Below, in pieces: positions 10,956 through 23,772 of a DNA stretch of 64,000 nt. The stretch is from Eledone cirrhosa (Eukaryota): contig OZ024744.1 in NCBI GenBank assembly GCA_964016885.1, forward strand, positions 78,306,001-78,370,000. The letters are read 5' to 3'. The number at the start of each line of letters is the position of its first letter. Position 1 is the first letter of the stretch. The translations under genes were made by a program, and so were the position numbers. The notes beneath the pieces are model-generated. The model was given only the letters and a program-made list of their open reading frames with translations. It did not search any database and was not told the origin of the DNA.

Positions 10956-13116
10956 TGTTAAATTATTTTACCTATTCATATCATTGTTTTATGATCGTTT
11001 CGGAGGGTTGATCATATTGACTGATCTATAGCAGTTATATAACTGTATACTGTTAGACATCATCTATAGGTTCAGACCATCTTCTTTGGAAACAATGAAG
11101 TTAGAATCTTTATTGCTAGTATATAAACAGGGTAGATAAAATGTAGGGACCCTACCATGAAGAATGGACCATCTTGGAAAGTATATATATAATTTGATAG
11201 GATTATAAGGACCAAATGTTTTTGAAAATATATTTTTTTTAAAAATGAGTCAAGGAAAATAATTTAAAGAGACTAATGGAATGAATTTGAAAAAAAAAAA
11301 AAAAACCTAAAGGGGGTTAGATTGAATGCTGTTTGTAAAATTGTAAAGTTTTCCTCTTAGTTGGAGAAATAAAATAAAAACTTAGCAACAATAGTTAGTG
11401 ACTCTCAACTAAAAGAGGGAAATAATTTCAAAAAATTAAGAATTAATTCATCTGAATTCATTTATATTCATAAGGGAAAGTTTTATCTTTGTCTGCAGGC
11501 AAGGGACAACTATACACATGTTTGTGTTTAATTGACGTCAACCTTGTCTATTCAAGCCTGCTTGATCAATTGACAAAGGTTTTTACATATAGCGACAAAT
11601 ACTTTTTGGAGAGTATGATTATTTATATATATTTTTCTATACGTAAAAAAAACAAAAAAAAACTAAATAAAATTAAATGAAGGACGCATTGATTTCTACA
11701 GCTGTTAGGAAGGGCATCCAGCTGTAGAAATCAAGCCAAATCAGTTCCTGTATGAGCAAGGCATGATCAGCCGACCAGACACTGCCCACAAAAGGACAAC
11801 CCGTCTAACCCATGATAGCGTGGAACAACGGACGTAAAACGGTGATGATGATGATGATTGGATTATGCAGTTCCAAATAAAGTATGTTTAACCCATTAGC
11901 ATTTACACTACTCTATATTTACTATTGTATTTTCACAGTTAAGGCTTTACCTCACATAATATAGAATCTACGAGATTTTGATATAATTTATTTTGAGAAC
12001 AATATCTTAATGTAGGTATGAGCAGTTGGTTACAACTGGTTACAACAGAAAGATGTGAGAAAGTTCTAACTGGATACGGCCAGTTTAAATGCTGAAGGGT
12101 TAAAATAAAATGAAATAGCCTCTAATAGAACACCACAGATTAAAGGAATGGTTGACCAGACTATAACGCACTGATGAGATTTAATTGAGAGAGAGAGGGG
12201 TGACTTTGGCAGGATTGGATTTCATAGCAGAGAGTGGGAATAAATATTGCAAGGCCTTTTGCATTGTTTTGACAATGGATGAAGTCACTTAACACATAAT
12301 GGCTGTAAATAGGTTTTAAATACCGTTTGCCCTGAATGAGTGATGAAAAGCATTCCAGTTATAACCATCCTGTCCTATTGTATATTTAAAACTGCATAAA
12401 ATAAAAAAACACCCAGTCCACTCTGAAAGGTGAGAAGAATGCTGGGTACCCTGTACACCCTGTAAAGAAGTAGTGCCAGAATCACGATAAAGTGCTCCCA
12501 GTTCGCACAGTAAAGGGGTTGGTGTTAGGAAGGATATCTAAGTCATAGAAACCAAGTCAAAACAAAGCATATTAGCAGGACCTAGTTACCTGACCAGTTT
12601 AGTTTCAGCATGCGACAGTCATCCAACTCATGCAAGTATGAAAAAAATATACATTAAACCTTTACCATTTAAACAGACTGTATCCAGCCAGAATTCTCTC
12701 ATCTATTTCTGTTCAAACTGGCTGCTCATACTTATGTTAAGGTATTTTTCTCAAAATAAATAATATGAAAACCTCCTAGATTTGATATTATGTGAGATAA
12801 AGCTTTACCATGAAAATATAATAGTAAATATAGAGTAATATAAATGCAAAAGGGTGAAATGGTAATGATGATAATTGTTCAATATGGTAGGGTGTGATTT
12901 AAATGCTATTTCTAGCATTTCAAGCAACCACGCAGAGGTACCCTCATTGACTAAACTGTAAGTAGCTACTTAGATGGTGATGTAGATTACTACATTCAGT
13001 TGCACAGCTAAGCTGTAGCAAACTATTTTAGTGTAATCCTTACGTAAACATCAGTCTTAAGTGGTGTCCAATGTTCTTTTATTAATTCTAAAAGACAGAA
13101 TTAAATTCTGCAAGAT

Positions 13117-13682
13117 TTAACTCTTTAGCATTCACATTACTTTATATATACTATTCTATTTTTGTGGTAAGGCTATTATCTCATATAAGATCGGATCTAT
13201 GAGATTTTAATGTTATTTATTTTGAAAACAACACCTTAACTCTTTAGCATTCACATTACTCTATATATACTATTGTATTTTCATGGTAAATGCTTTAACT
13301 GACATAATTATCGCACATAATATTGAATCTATGAGATTTTGAAAGTATTTATTTTGAGAACAATACCATAACATCAGTTTGAGTGACCAGTTACAGCCAG
13401 TTTCAACAGAAAAAGGTAGAGAATTCTGGCCAGTTTTGGCCGGTTTGAACATTACAGGGTTAACATAAGTATGTGTGGCCAGTTTGAACAGAAAGAGGTG
13501 AGAGAATTCTCTCACCTCTTTCTGTTCAAAACAGCCATAATTAGTCCCTCATACTTATGTTAAGGTATTGATCTCAAAATAAATATTATCAAAATCTCAT
13601 AGATTCGATATTATGTGAGATAAAGGGTTTATCACGAAAATATAATAGTAAATATAGAGTAATGTAAATGCTAAAGGGTTAA
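13117..13682. mobile_element. Composite MITE-1: nested copy plus fold-back fusion
   Basis: The inner copy (13240-13459) is flanked by TTAA. The outer element has same-type ends at 13121 and 13678 and a perfect 48-bp palindrome at 13483-13530. Confidence 0.85.
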
Positions 13683-14695
13683 AGAATCTACCAGGCAAAA
13701 TTTTAGTTGGGTACCCTTTTTAAAATAATATATTTCCCTATTCAACCCCTGCTTTCAAAGTTAATCATTATCAGTCTTTAACTTTTTTCTTATCATGTCT
13801 TGAATGAAAAAAAACTGCTAATTAATTTCAAACAAAGATTCAGAGTGATGTAGCAAAATATCTAACTTTCTCATTATTAAGCTGGTGTGGGGAGCATAAC
13901 TTAACAAATGTTTTTACATAAGTTATGTTGAACATTTTTTAGATAAATATAAATATTTTAACCATTTCATTACACTATTTATAATTGTTTCTATGTGTAG
14001 CACAAGGCCAGCAATTTTGGGGGGATGGAAAAGTCAATTAAATCGACCCCCATAGCATTACTGGAACTTTTATCAACCCTCTAAGGATGAAAGACAAAGC
14101 TAACCTTGGCAGGATTTGAACTCAGAATGTAAAGAACCGTAATTATATTTATAATGAAAGACACTGCTGGTGATTTTTAAATACTTTGAAAATAATCAAG
14201 AATTTGGAAGGATTTAGTAACTAACTTTCTCATTATTAAGCTGGTGTGGGAAGCATAACAAATGTTCTTACATTAAATCATGATGGGGAAGTTTTTAGTT
14301 AAATACAAACACTAAAACAAAGCTGTGACCTGGTGGCTGAGTTGGTGTGTTGAATCTTGTAGCTTACATGCTGGAGTTACAGGTTCAACCTCTAGCTGAG
14401 TGTATAGAATAAATTCCATCTAACTCATGCTAGCGTGGAAAATGGATGTAAAACAATGTTGATGATGAGGATGATGAGAACCAACGGTGGTTTGATAAAA
14501 ATATGTTGTCAATTTTGTCAACATGTTTCTCCAGTTCCCTTATCCATTCTGATATCAAACCACCCATGGTTCTATGATATAAAACTGTTTATATTTTAAA
14601 ATATCTCTAGTTAACTAAAAGCCTTCTACCCTAATAGTTTTGTTCTAAATACCTGCTTAATGAGAAAATTAGTTACATTACTTCAGCTTAAATAT

Positions 14696-15030
14696 GGAGG
14701 CACATGGCTTAGTGGTTAGAGCATTGGCCTTGCAATCGAAAGGTTGTGAGTTCAATTCTCAGACCGAGTGATGTGTTGTTTCCTTGAGCAAGACACTTTA
14801 TTTCACATTGCTCCAGTTTACTCAGCTGTAGAAATGAGATGATAGGGACTAGGGTCCCTATCATTCCACTGTAAAGTGGTCGGGGAGGTGCCACGGCAAA
14901 AAAGCACCCAGCACTCACTGTAAATGAGGTTGGTGTTAGGAAGGGCATCCAGCTGTAAAAATCAAGCCAGAATCAGTTCCCGTCCCACCCTTGCAAGCAG
15001 GGAAAAGTGGACGTAAAATGAAATGATGAT
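14696..15030 (+). mobile_element. Full-length tRNA-derived SINE (family B) with RTE-like 3' tail
   Basis: A-box TGGCTTAGTGG, B-box GAGTTCAATTC, core CCTTGAGCAAGACACTT, tail shared with the RTE 3' UTR, and (GAT)n. Further copies at 36959-37272 (+) and 45181-45532 (-). Confidence 0.9.
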
Positions 15031-16556
15031 TACTAAATCTCTCCAAATTCATGATTATTTTCAAACTTTATAGAAAATTTGATGAAATGTTTCTTCATTA
15101 GATATATGGTAACAAAAAGTCAGAGGTCTCAATCTATCAAACTCAAAAGGGAGATTATGTCTTGAAGGAGAAACACAGTGGGCCAAAAGCAAGATGAGGG
15201 TGTGTGTGATTTCCACCTATTATAATGCTAATCTATAATACAGCTGAAAGGCTGCTATCTCACTCAGTTCACACAGATGGGAAATATATGTTCTACCTGT
15301 ATTTCAAAGTACCAGCCTTGTCACACATTGTGTCATGCTGAATCTACCTGAGAACTACATTAACCCTTTAGCATTTAAACCGGCCAGAATTCTCTCACCT
15401 CTTTCTGTTCAAACTGACCGTAACTAGCCACACATACTGATGTTAAGGTATTCTTTTCAAAGTAAATAATATCATCATCAAAATCTCAGATTCGATGTGA
15501 ATAATTATGTGAGATAGTCTTTACTGCGAAAATCCAATAGTAGATATAGAGTAATGTGAATGCTAAAGGTGCACATGGTGATGGAATGCTCAGCCACTAA
15601 CATGTTAATTTCATAAGTAAACAACAGGAATACTCGTCGTCGGAAATGACAGAAATCCAACTACATAACATGACCACTTGGGCCTTGGGTGTTTTCATCA
15701 GAGTTAATTCTGCAAGTATTTGGGCCAAGTCTCCAAATAACTTTCTCCAGTGCTTTCACTAATTTCGAGGCCAAGAAAAAGATCATGGTCAATACCTTTC
15801 GCCAACATGATATAAAATCTTCCCATTGTTTAATATCTATTTTTCATGCTTGCATGGTTTGGATAAGACATCATGTTATGATATTAAACAAGTCTGGTGA
15901 CTACATCTTGTTCATACAATACCTTTTGGGCTTGGTTTTATTACAGCTGGCTGCCTTTCCAAAAACCAACCACATTACAGCATGTACTGGGAGCTTTTTC
16001 TATGTCATCAGCACTACCACCTTATAGTGGGGGGGGGGGGGGGCTTGTTGCTTTTATCGTGGTACAAGTATGACCACTTTACATGTATTGGGTACTTTTT
16101 GCCATAGCACCTCACAGGAAGAACTGGGTGCTATTGTCATGGCACCAGTATAACCTTGAGAGTGGACTGTGTGCTTTTTGTCATGGAACCAATATGACCA
16201 TCTTGTAAGGTGAACTGGCCAAGTTGGATATGACAGTGCATAAGCACGTTACTACCTAATTTATATATATATATATATCGTACACACATTAAATGTTCTC
16301 CCTGTTACTGTCAGGTTACCTATTTACAATTTAATAGGAAAGAAAAAATTAAAATAAATCATCTTTAACACTTAACCCTTTAGCATTTAAACCAGCTGTA
16401 TCCAGCTAGAATTCTCTCATCTCTTTCTGTTCAAACCAGCTATAACTGGCCACTCATACTGATGTATAGGTATTTTTCTCAAAATAAATAACATTATGTT
16501 AAAGGGTTAATGCCGTTCCTGTACCATACTAAACCACATTACATTAACAAAATAAT

Positions 16557-17150
16557 CTTGAAATGTACAAAACAAAACTATGACTGCATCACATCAAAAA
16601 TTAAAGTCTTTACTCAAATACTGCAAATTTTCACAACAATCTGTCCATTAATAAAGATACTATAAATATTTGAATTAACAAATCACATGAAACGATATTA
16701 GCAGGGTATTCTTGAAATGTACAAAACAACACTATTACTGCAACGCTGGGGTGTTTACTTTGATAATGCAAGATTTCACAATAATTTATCCATTAGTAAT
16801 TATACTGTAAACATTTGAATTAACAAACCATATTAGCAAGATATTCTTGAAAAGGACAAAAAAACACTATGATTGGATGACATTAACCCTTTAGTAATCA
16901 ACATAGTCAAACCTAGCTCTGATTCTATGAAATAAAACACCCCATTTAAATAAAAATCTTCCAACATAATTTTATATATGAACTTTACATATGAAATGAT
17001 TAAGAATTTTATAAATTCCTCAGAATTTTTCCTTAATTAATTAAAATAGAGTGAGAAATGCAGTCACGAAAGTGTTTACTTTAATACTGCTGATTTTCAC
17101 AACAATCTATCCATTAGTAAAGATGCTATAAACATTTGAATTAACAAACC
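16557..17150. repeat. ~135-150 bp tandem repeat, 3 units, the third interrupted by a TTAA-CCCTTTAG element
   Basis: TCTTGAAATGTACAAAAC...TTTCACAACAAT.T.TCCATTA...CATTTGAATTAACAAA recurs. The insertion starts at about 16883. Confidence 0.7.
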
Positions 17151-17291
17151 AGCTTTTAGATATGTTCTACTAAATCATTACAGGGTGTTAGGTTCAACAA
17201 ATTCGAACAAAACTTTTTCTTTGGACATACTCTATGACGGATTCATCTGGCAATCAATGGAAGCAGTTATTTCACAAAACCTTTTATGAAT

Positions 17292-17666
17292 AGGCTATGT
17301 AGCCGGTAAATCCTAAAGGGACACAACACACATATTGCTATAACGTTTCAGCACCCCCTTCCTTCGTCAATCATTCATGTGTGTGTATGTAATAATTATT
17401 TTGTACAATGTGACTATTTATGATTATGTATGAGTAGATGTGTGAGTGTGGGCTTGCACTTCTGTTGTCTGTATCTGTTTATGTATTTACGTGTAGATGT
17501 GTGTGTATATAACTAAAGCGTAACGTACGTTACGAATGGTCGACTAAATGATTTTAACTTGTTTTTTAACAATTGATGGTGGAAGAAAAGATTTCAAATT
17601 GTCTTAACTCAGACCGTAAAAGGCCGCAACTCATGGTGTCTGATACTCTTACCGGCTACATAGCCT
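17292..17666. mobile_element. Putative MITE bounded by an 18-bp perfect inverted repeat
   Basis: AGGCTATGTAGCCGGTAA (17292-17309) and TTACCGGCTACATAGCCT (17649-17666). No TSD is visible. Confidence 0.5.
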
Positions 17667-18766
17667 GGGAGTCAATTTTACCGGGACCGGCTACATGGCT
17701 TCTTCCAAACTTTCAGCCAATTCCTAAACTTTAGACGGACTTTGTTATTAAACCCCGTAACTTGTTCAACAACTAGCACTTGTTAAATGGTTTCAATAAT
17801 TAAGCTAGTATACCCTTGTTATAGAGCTATGGCATCTTTCCTATTTCAATAATTGTCCATGTCCAGGTAAATCGCAAATGTAACCGGATTTTTTTTTAAA
17901 GCATTCTCCTTAGTTTCTCCTCTTTTCGTCCCTCGATAAACTCTCACTCTCCCGCCCTTTCCACAAAATTCACACAGAAAACCCATCTAAAATCGAGGCG
18001 GTGGGGGAAGATTCACTAAAAAAAAAAAAACATGCAAAATGCTAAAGGATTGGAACAAGAGATACAAAGACTGAAAACGAAACACCTAATTGAACACGCT
18101 AGTTAATGCAGATAAGAACATTGTGTGTGTGTATGGTGTAAGAATGTACACACACGTATGTGTATACGGTACGTGTTTGCTCGTACACGCGTAAAAGCGC
18201 GCGCTTGTTAGGAGTTTGTAAGGAATTTATTATAGAGAGAATTATATTAAGACTATCACAATTAAATTCAGTTTTACATAGAAAGTCATTTAGTAGTTGT
18301 ATTTATAACATTTTAGTTAAGCATGCACAGATTTTATTTATACTAGTCTTACTCATATAGTTCGTTCAAATTACCTTACACACTCTTAATGCACCAAAAC
18401 AGTTTTAATCACATCAGTTAAAAGCCAGTCATCAACATTTCAACTATTTTCTGTAAAGGTTTATTTTTTATATTAAAACCGAAGTGAACAAGTGAAAATG
18501 TATTTTTTTAAAGATGATGATTTTTTGATTTTTTTTAACGATAACGATAATTTTTTTTATTGATTAAACAGTTTACAAAATAAAACAGACTGAAAGAAAA
18601 ATACGAAAACGAATTTTAAAAAATACTCCCAGAAAAGAAAAAAAAATCTTTTGTTTTTCAATTTGAAAATTGGAAATATTGAAATAGAATATGAAAATTA
18701 TAAGAGAGTTTATTTTACTTTCACTTTATCATCTTCCTTTCTCTTTAACCCCCCCTCTGCCACCAC

Positions 18767-18907
18767 TATATATAAACTCTCCCAGACACACTCTTATTCC
18801 TTTATAAACACACGAAAGAACTTTCTGTCGTAACGAAACTTTGTACTTGGCGAATATGGCTATTATTTGCTAAATATTTAATAATAGCATCGTAAAGTAA
18901 GGTAAGT
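18767..18907 (+). promoter_or_regulatory. Candidate TATA promoter and non-coding first exon (P1)
   Basis: TATATATAAA at 18767-18776, Inr-like TTATTC about 28 nt downstream, and a perfect donor AAG|GTAAGT at 18901/18902. Contains a uORF at 18856-18873. Confidence 0.5.
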
Positions 18908-20629
18908 TATATTTAGTTTACAACTCAATACATTTTGTTTCTGTGATGGAATTAGTAAAGATGAATTTTACTATACATTTTACAGAAAGAATTAATTCAA
19001 TGGGTGATAAGTTTGAAGTCTTGTAAGATAGTACAAGCCTTCACCCATGTTAACCAAGGACTGAACAAAAAAATACATATTTATAATTATTTCAATTTAC
19101 TAAATCAAATGACTCATACGATGGGATACTTGCTTTTTTGTCTCATAAGCCATTAGTTCTATTTGTATGTGTGAGATATATATATATGTATGTGTATATA
19201 TATATATATATAATTAAAGGAATACAAATTGGTGACTTATGTGTGTATTAGATGAGGTAAAAATATATAGTCAACTTAGAGGCTTATCTTGATAGACAAT
19301 ATGACAAAGGGTCGTGACTAGTTGTAATGTGCTGGACTGTTAACCGTCCTACGAATGCTAATAAATATGTGATGTTAAAAATATATGCACACATTTATGT
19401 ATGATTTTTAAGAGTAAATGCGTTCTTTCTCAATGTAAGTTTCGATACGTAATTATATATATATATACACACACTCACAGAGGAAATGTGTTTATTACGA
19501 GCAAGTTAGTTTTAATCAATTTCTTTTAGATATTTTCATATCTGCTTCATGATTATGAAAGCATGAGCTACCAACAATTATATAGGATAAAGGATGTCGC
19601 AATATGTACCTGTTTGTTGATATAACCAGTGTGCGAATACCATCACTGGTATGTTAGGCATACACGGAAAAAGACAAGTATCATAAGTCTATTTGCGCCG
19701 TAATTTGATAGAAAAATATATTCTCCATTAAGACCACAAACATTTTGATTAAATTATGACTATAAAACAGACAAACTAACTTCGTAATATAATTGTCCAT
19801 CTATACACTATAATAAGGGATATTCATTTTAGATACATTCAGCTGTGTGGTTGGCGCCGAAAAAGTATCTGATTTGCTTATGGAGCGAATTCAATGACTG
19901 CTTATAAATCTACTTCAGAGTGTCTGAAACTTATGCCACGCGGTTTATTCAAGCATCAAATATGAGAGTAAAAACTCTTCGTTATTTTAATACATCTTTA
20001 ACAAAATATTAATACATAAATCGGAACAAAATTACGAAATCATACTTATATTGGCGAAATTAAAAGTGAAAATGAATTGAAGATATATTGTCATACTACA
20101 ACGATCTGAACATATTTAATTACATCTTTTAACGAAGGAATCTTTTAAGAGAATAAATAAAACAAATTAAGATCTCGGTGCTCGCTGACCATTTACTGTC
20201 AGTTTTTAAACCAAAATCGTTCAAAGAATATATGTAAACGTAGATAGTGTATAGATGGACAATAAACAAAGAAAAAAATATATATACAGCGCTACGTGAG
20301 ATTCGAACTCAATCCTCGTGGTAAATTATTGGCGACATTAGCAAACCTCTTATTTATGCATTTATTTTATATATGAAAACAAAATAAGGATTAAAATTGA
20401 AAATTTGGAATATAATGAAATATTTTAAACATCTAAGTTATTAAAAAATATATTTGCTAAAATTTTTTTAAAAAATCAATTTTCTTTCGGCTAGATATAT
20501 TTTTTTTTACTGAGGCATTTTTTTTTTTGAATTTGATTAAAATTCACAAAAAAGGGCAATGGACAAAAGTTGGATGTGGATAAAGAAAAGTTAAGAATTT
20601 CTAGTAACGCAAACAAGTTGTTGGTGCTA

Positions 20630-20830
20630 TCCATTGGTGTGTTGTGAGCCTAGGGGAATGTCTAGGCACCACCGCTTGGTTTATCCAATTCTCCCACAAG
20701 AGGTACGCACACTCTAACTCAGTCTATCTAACTATCTCTCTCTCTCTCTTACTCACTAATTACTGTCGCGCTGTATCTAGCAAGTGCTAGTTACCTCAGA
20801 ATGGCACCTTTCTTCGAATAAATCGTAAGC
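20630..20830 (+). promoter_or_regulatory. Candidate promoter and first exon (P2)
   Basis: CCAAT boxes at about 20633 (reverse) and 20686, Inr TCAGT at about 20719, a CT tract, uORF 20801-20821 and donor GTAAGC at 20825. Confidence 0.35.
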
Positions 20831-21094
20831 ACATGCAACTAAACCATTACACTGTATTGATTTTTAATCAACACAAAGACTCGGAATAGACTGCATATAA
20901 ATTTCATAGTAAAATTTGTCTTGGAGCAGTAAATGCTCGATTAAAGACATAATAATTGTATTTAATAACAATTAATATTAATAGTAATAATAGTAAGGAG
21001 TATTGCTCCTGAGTCATGCGTATTGAGTAGCTAAACTAGAAATCCGTATAAAAACAATCGTAGAATGAAAAAACGAACAGCGTCAATGGTTTTA

Positions 21095-21131
<37 letters not shown>

Positions 21132-21154
21132 TTCCGTCCGTGGCATAAGGAACA

Positions 21155-21229
21155 ATGGAAATTGGCTCAGACGAACCGACTTATACTGAAGACATTTGCC
21201 CAGATTCTAAGCTTCAAAATTCTCCCCAA
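21155..21229 (+). CDS. Candidate alternative first coding exon of eIF4G (MEIGSDEPTYTEDICPDSKLQNSPQ)
   Basis: ACAATGG start context, 25 open codons and a phase-0 donor CAA|GTAGGT. It is in frame with the exon starting at 42344. Confidence 0.35.
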
Positions 21230-21868
21230 GTAGGTTTATTTTAATGCACTTTTACTTCTGGAGTCTTCATGTTATTTACTTGGTGATGCCACTCCTTTTG
21301 TTGGGTATATACGCTCTTGAAATGTGTTTTCTATCCCGTGTTGACTGTCTTGAACACACCAGTGAAATATATATTTCCTAAGTACAAATGTGCTTTTTTT
21401 CTGCTCAACATTTTGAAAATCGTTCTATGTATATTGAAGTCTGTACGGCTTGGCCTATTGTTTGTTTTGCTTTTTCATTAACCAAAAGAAATTGAAGCTA
21501 ACTTTTCATGTGCTCTATCATTTATGCCACCTTTAGTTTGCATTAAACGAGGTTTAATGAATGACCTAAGTATTTTAAGTTTTTAAGTTGTATTTTCTTT
21601 TTACACCCTCATAAACTTAGCCTGTAGTTATAATTTTTTTTGTTACGTTAATTGAATGAACCTGTTGACTAATTATATTCATAATTTGTAATTTTGAAAA
21701 CGGAATTTTTAACACGTGATACTCTGAGAATATATCACCTTAATCGATTTAATGTCTGTTTTGTAACGTTTTGTATTTTCATCATTACTTTGAAAATTAA
21801 CCTGAAAAATGTTAATATAATTTTGTAATATATATATATGTCTATATATCTATTTATATCTGTGCGTG

Positions 21869-21901
<33 letters not shown>

Positions 21902-22194
21902 AAATATTAAATAAATAATGAACAAATAAATAATGAACAAACAATTCCTTATATTAATATATATATATATATATATAAATTGCTAAATACTGAAGTACCG
22001 TGAAAGCTGCTTCAACTGTTTGAACCGTGTTTGCATATTTAAATAATATTTATATATATCTTTATGTAAATTCTAATTTTCATTTTACATAATTTTATAT
22101 TTATAAATTAATCAGGTTTATATATAGATATACTTTTTTTTAATCACATTTAGAATGAGCATACTGTTAGTAGGGGGAGATAATTACTGTATCA

Positions 22195-22338
22195 TATCCG
22201 GAAGTATTTCTCTGGGACGGAAATAGCCGAAGAATTTCTCTTCACAAACAGAATCGGTAGCCATATTGACCATTAGCCGAAAAAAAATCAGTGTCCATCC
22301 AAGCTTTTCCCGTCTTAAGTAAAGTAGTTATTGTAAGT
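22195..22338 (+). promoter_or_regulatory. Candidate housekeeping promoter and first exon (P4)
   Basis: ETS-type CCGGAAGT at about 22198, YY1-like GCCATATTG at about 22260, local CpG retention and donor GTAAGT at 22333. Confidence 0.5.
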
Positions 22339-23157
22339 ATACGAGTCCATGCTCTCTGGTTTGTAATTGCACTAAATTATTATTTGGCCATATGAAATAG
22401 AAACGTTGATAGGTACCGAAACGAGTTATACCATCTATATTTACTATTACGTCAAGGCCTGGGCCGCAACACGGCAATTTTTTTCCTATCATGAATACGT
22501 GTCTCATTCTCTATAGCTTTGTTATTTGTCGCTGCTTATTCTAGTAAGCATAATTGCTTATTTTTAAGTAATACATTTTCCTGTTTGATTGTTTTAAATT
22601 TCTTTCCTTATACATACATATTTATAATTTTTTACTTTTATTTTTACCACATGGATCTTTTCGTAGCTTTCCCATACCGGCTTGATCGTATTTTACGGCA
22701 AATTATTGTATTAATTGCTTTTTCGATTATATTATTGTTTCAATTCTGTGTATTATTGATTTGATTGTTGCACATATGCTTGTTTTATAATATCAATATG
22801 TTAAGCATTGGTGTTGAGAGGGAAGCGGGTTCAAGTCTAGTTGCCAGCTGTATGCTTTTCCAGATAGACCTGTGGAATAGTAAAATTCAAAATGAGCTGT
22901 TGAACCACTATAGTCTGGAGGTTAGACCCGGACAATTTTATTTTAAAATATATATATATATTTTTACATTGACACTCTATATTTAACGTTCTTCTTGAAA
23001 AGTTCTTTGTAATAATAGAAAAGGTTTCCATGATACTAAATTATATTTTAGTAGGCGGTGCCGGCGATTTTAGATAATGTCTTTCACTGCGTCTCTGCCG
23101 GGTTGTTTTCAGAAAAATACTTGAGAAGCGTTCTGCAGTGTAGTCTATTCTGTACTT

Positions 23158-23206
<49 letters not shown>

Positions 23207-23486
23207 TTAAATAACGTGAAGAGAGAGGGCAGTCATTTCTTTTATTACTTGATTATAGACCCCCCCCCCCTCTTTAAATTTGATATTGGTCTTTATTAGA
23301 GAACACATACGCACACACGGTTCTCTATCATGGCTTCTTTGGCATGACCTAATGTTTGTAAAGCGTTAGTTATTCTGTAATAACAGACAGAACAGGTTCG
23401 ATCTTATTGCAGCTGAAAGAATATTTAGCTCAGCTCACCTGTAGTAGTCATTTATTTGTGTGTATTATATATATATATATATATAT

Positions 23487-23686
23487 AATTAGCTCGTTGG
23501 ATAATGTAAATGCTGGTGTTTTAATTCAGTTTGAGATGTATATATATATAATTTAGCACGTTGGATAGTGTAAATGCTGGTGTTTTAATTCAGTTTGAGA
23601 TGTGTTCGTGTATGTATATATATATATATAATTTAGCACGTTGGATAGTGTAAATGCTGGTGTTTTAATTCAGTTTGAGATGTGTT

Positions 23687-23724
<38 letters not shown>

Positions 23725-23772
23725 AGCACGTTGGATAGTGCAAATGCTGGTGTTTTAATTCATTTTGAGATG
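23487..23772. repeat. Four ~53-bp units separated by variable (TA)n/(TG)n spacers
   Basis: AATTTAGCACGTTGGATAGTGTAAATGCTGGTGTTTTAATTCAGTTTGAGATG at about 23487, 23550, 23630 and 23720. Confidence 0.9.

Noticed and set aside
12168-12190. CTGATGAG hammerhead box
   Set aside because: There is no stem II or correctly placed GAAA.
14696-14770. tRNA gene candidates (also about 20285-20345, 36959 and 39120-39210)
   Set aside because: A/B boxes are present, but I could not build a cloverleaf and most run into SINE bodies.
23487-23772. CRISPR-like repeat-spacer look
   Set aside because: The spacers are TA/TG microsatellite, the context is a eukaryotic intron and there are no cas genes.
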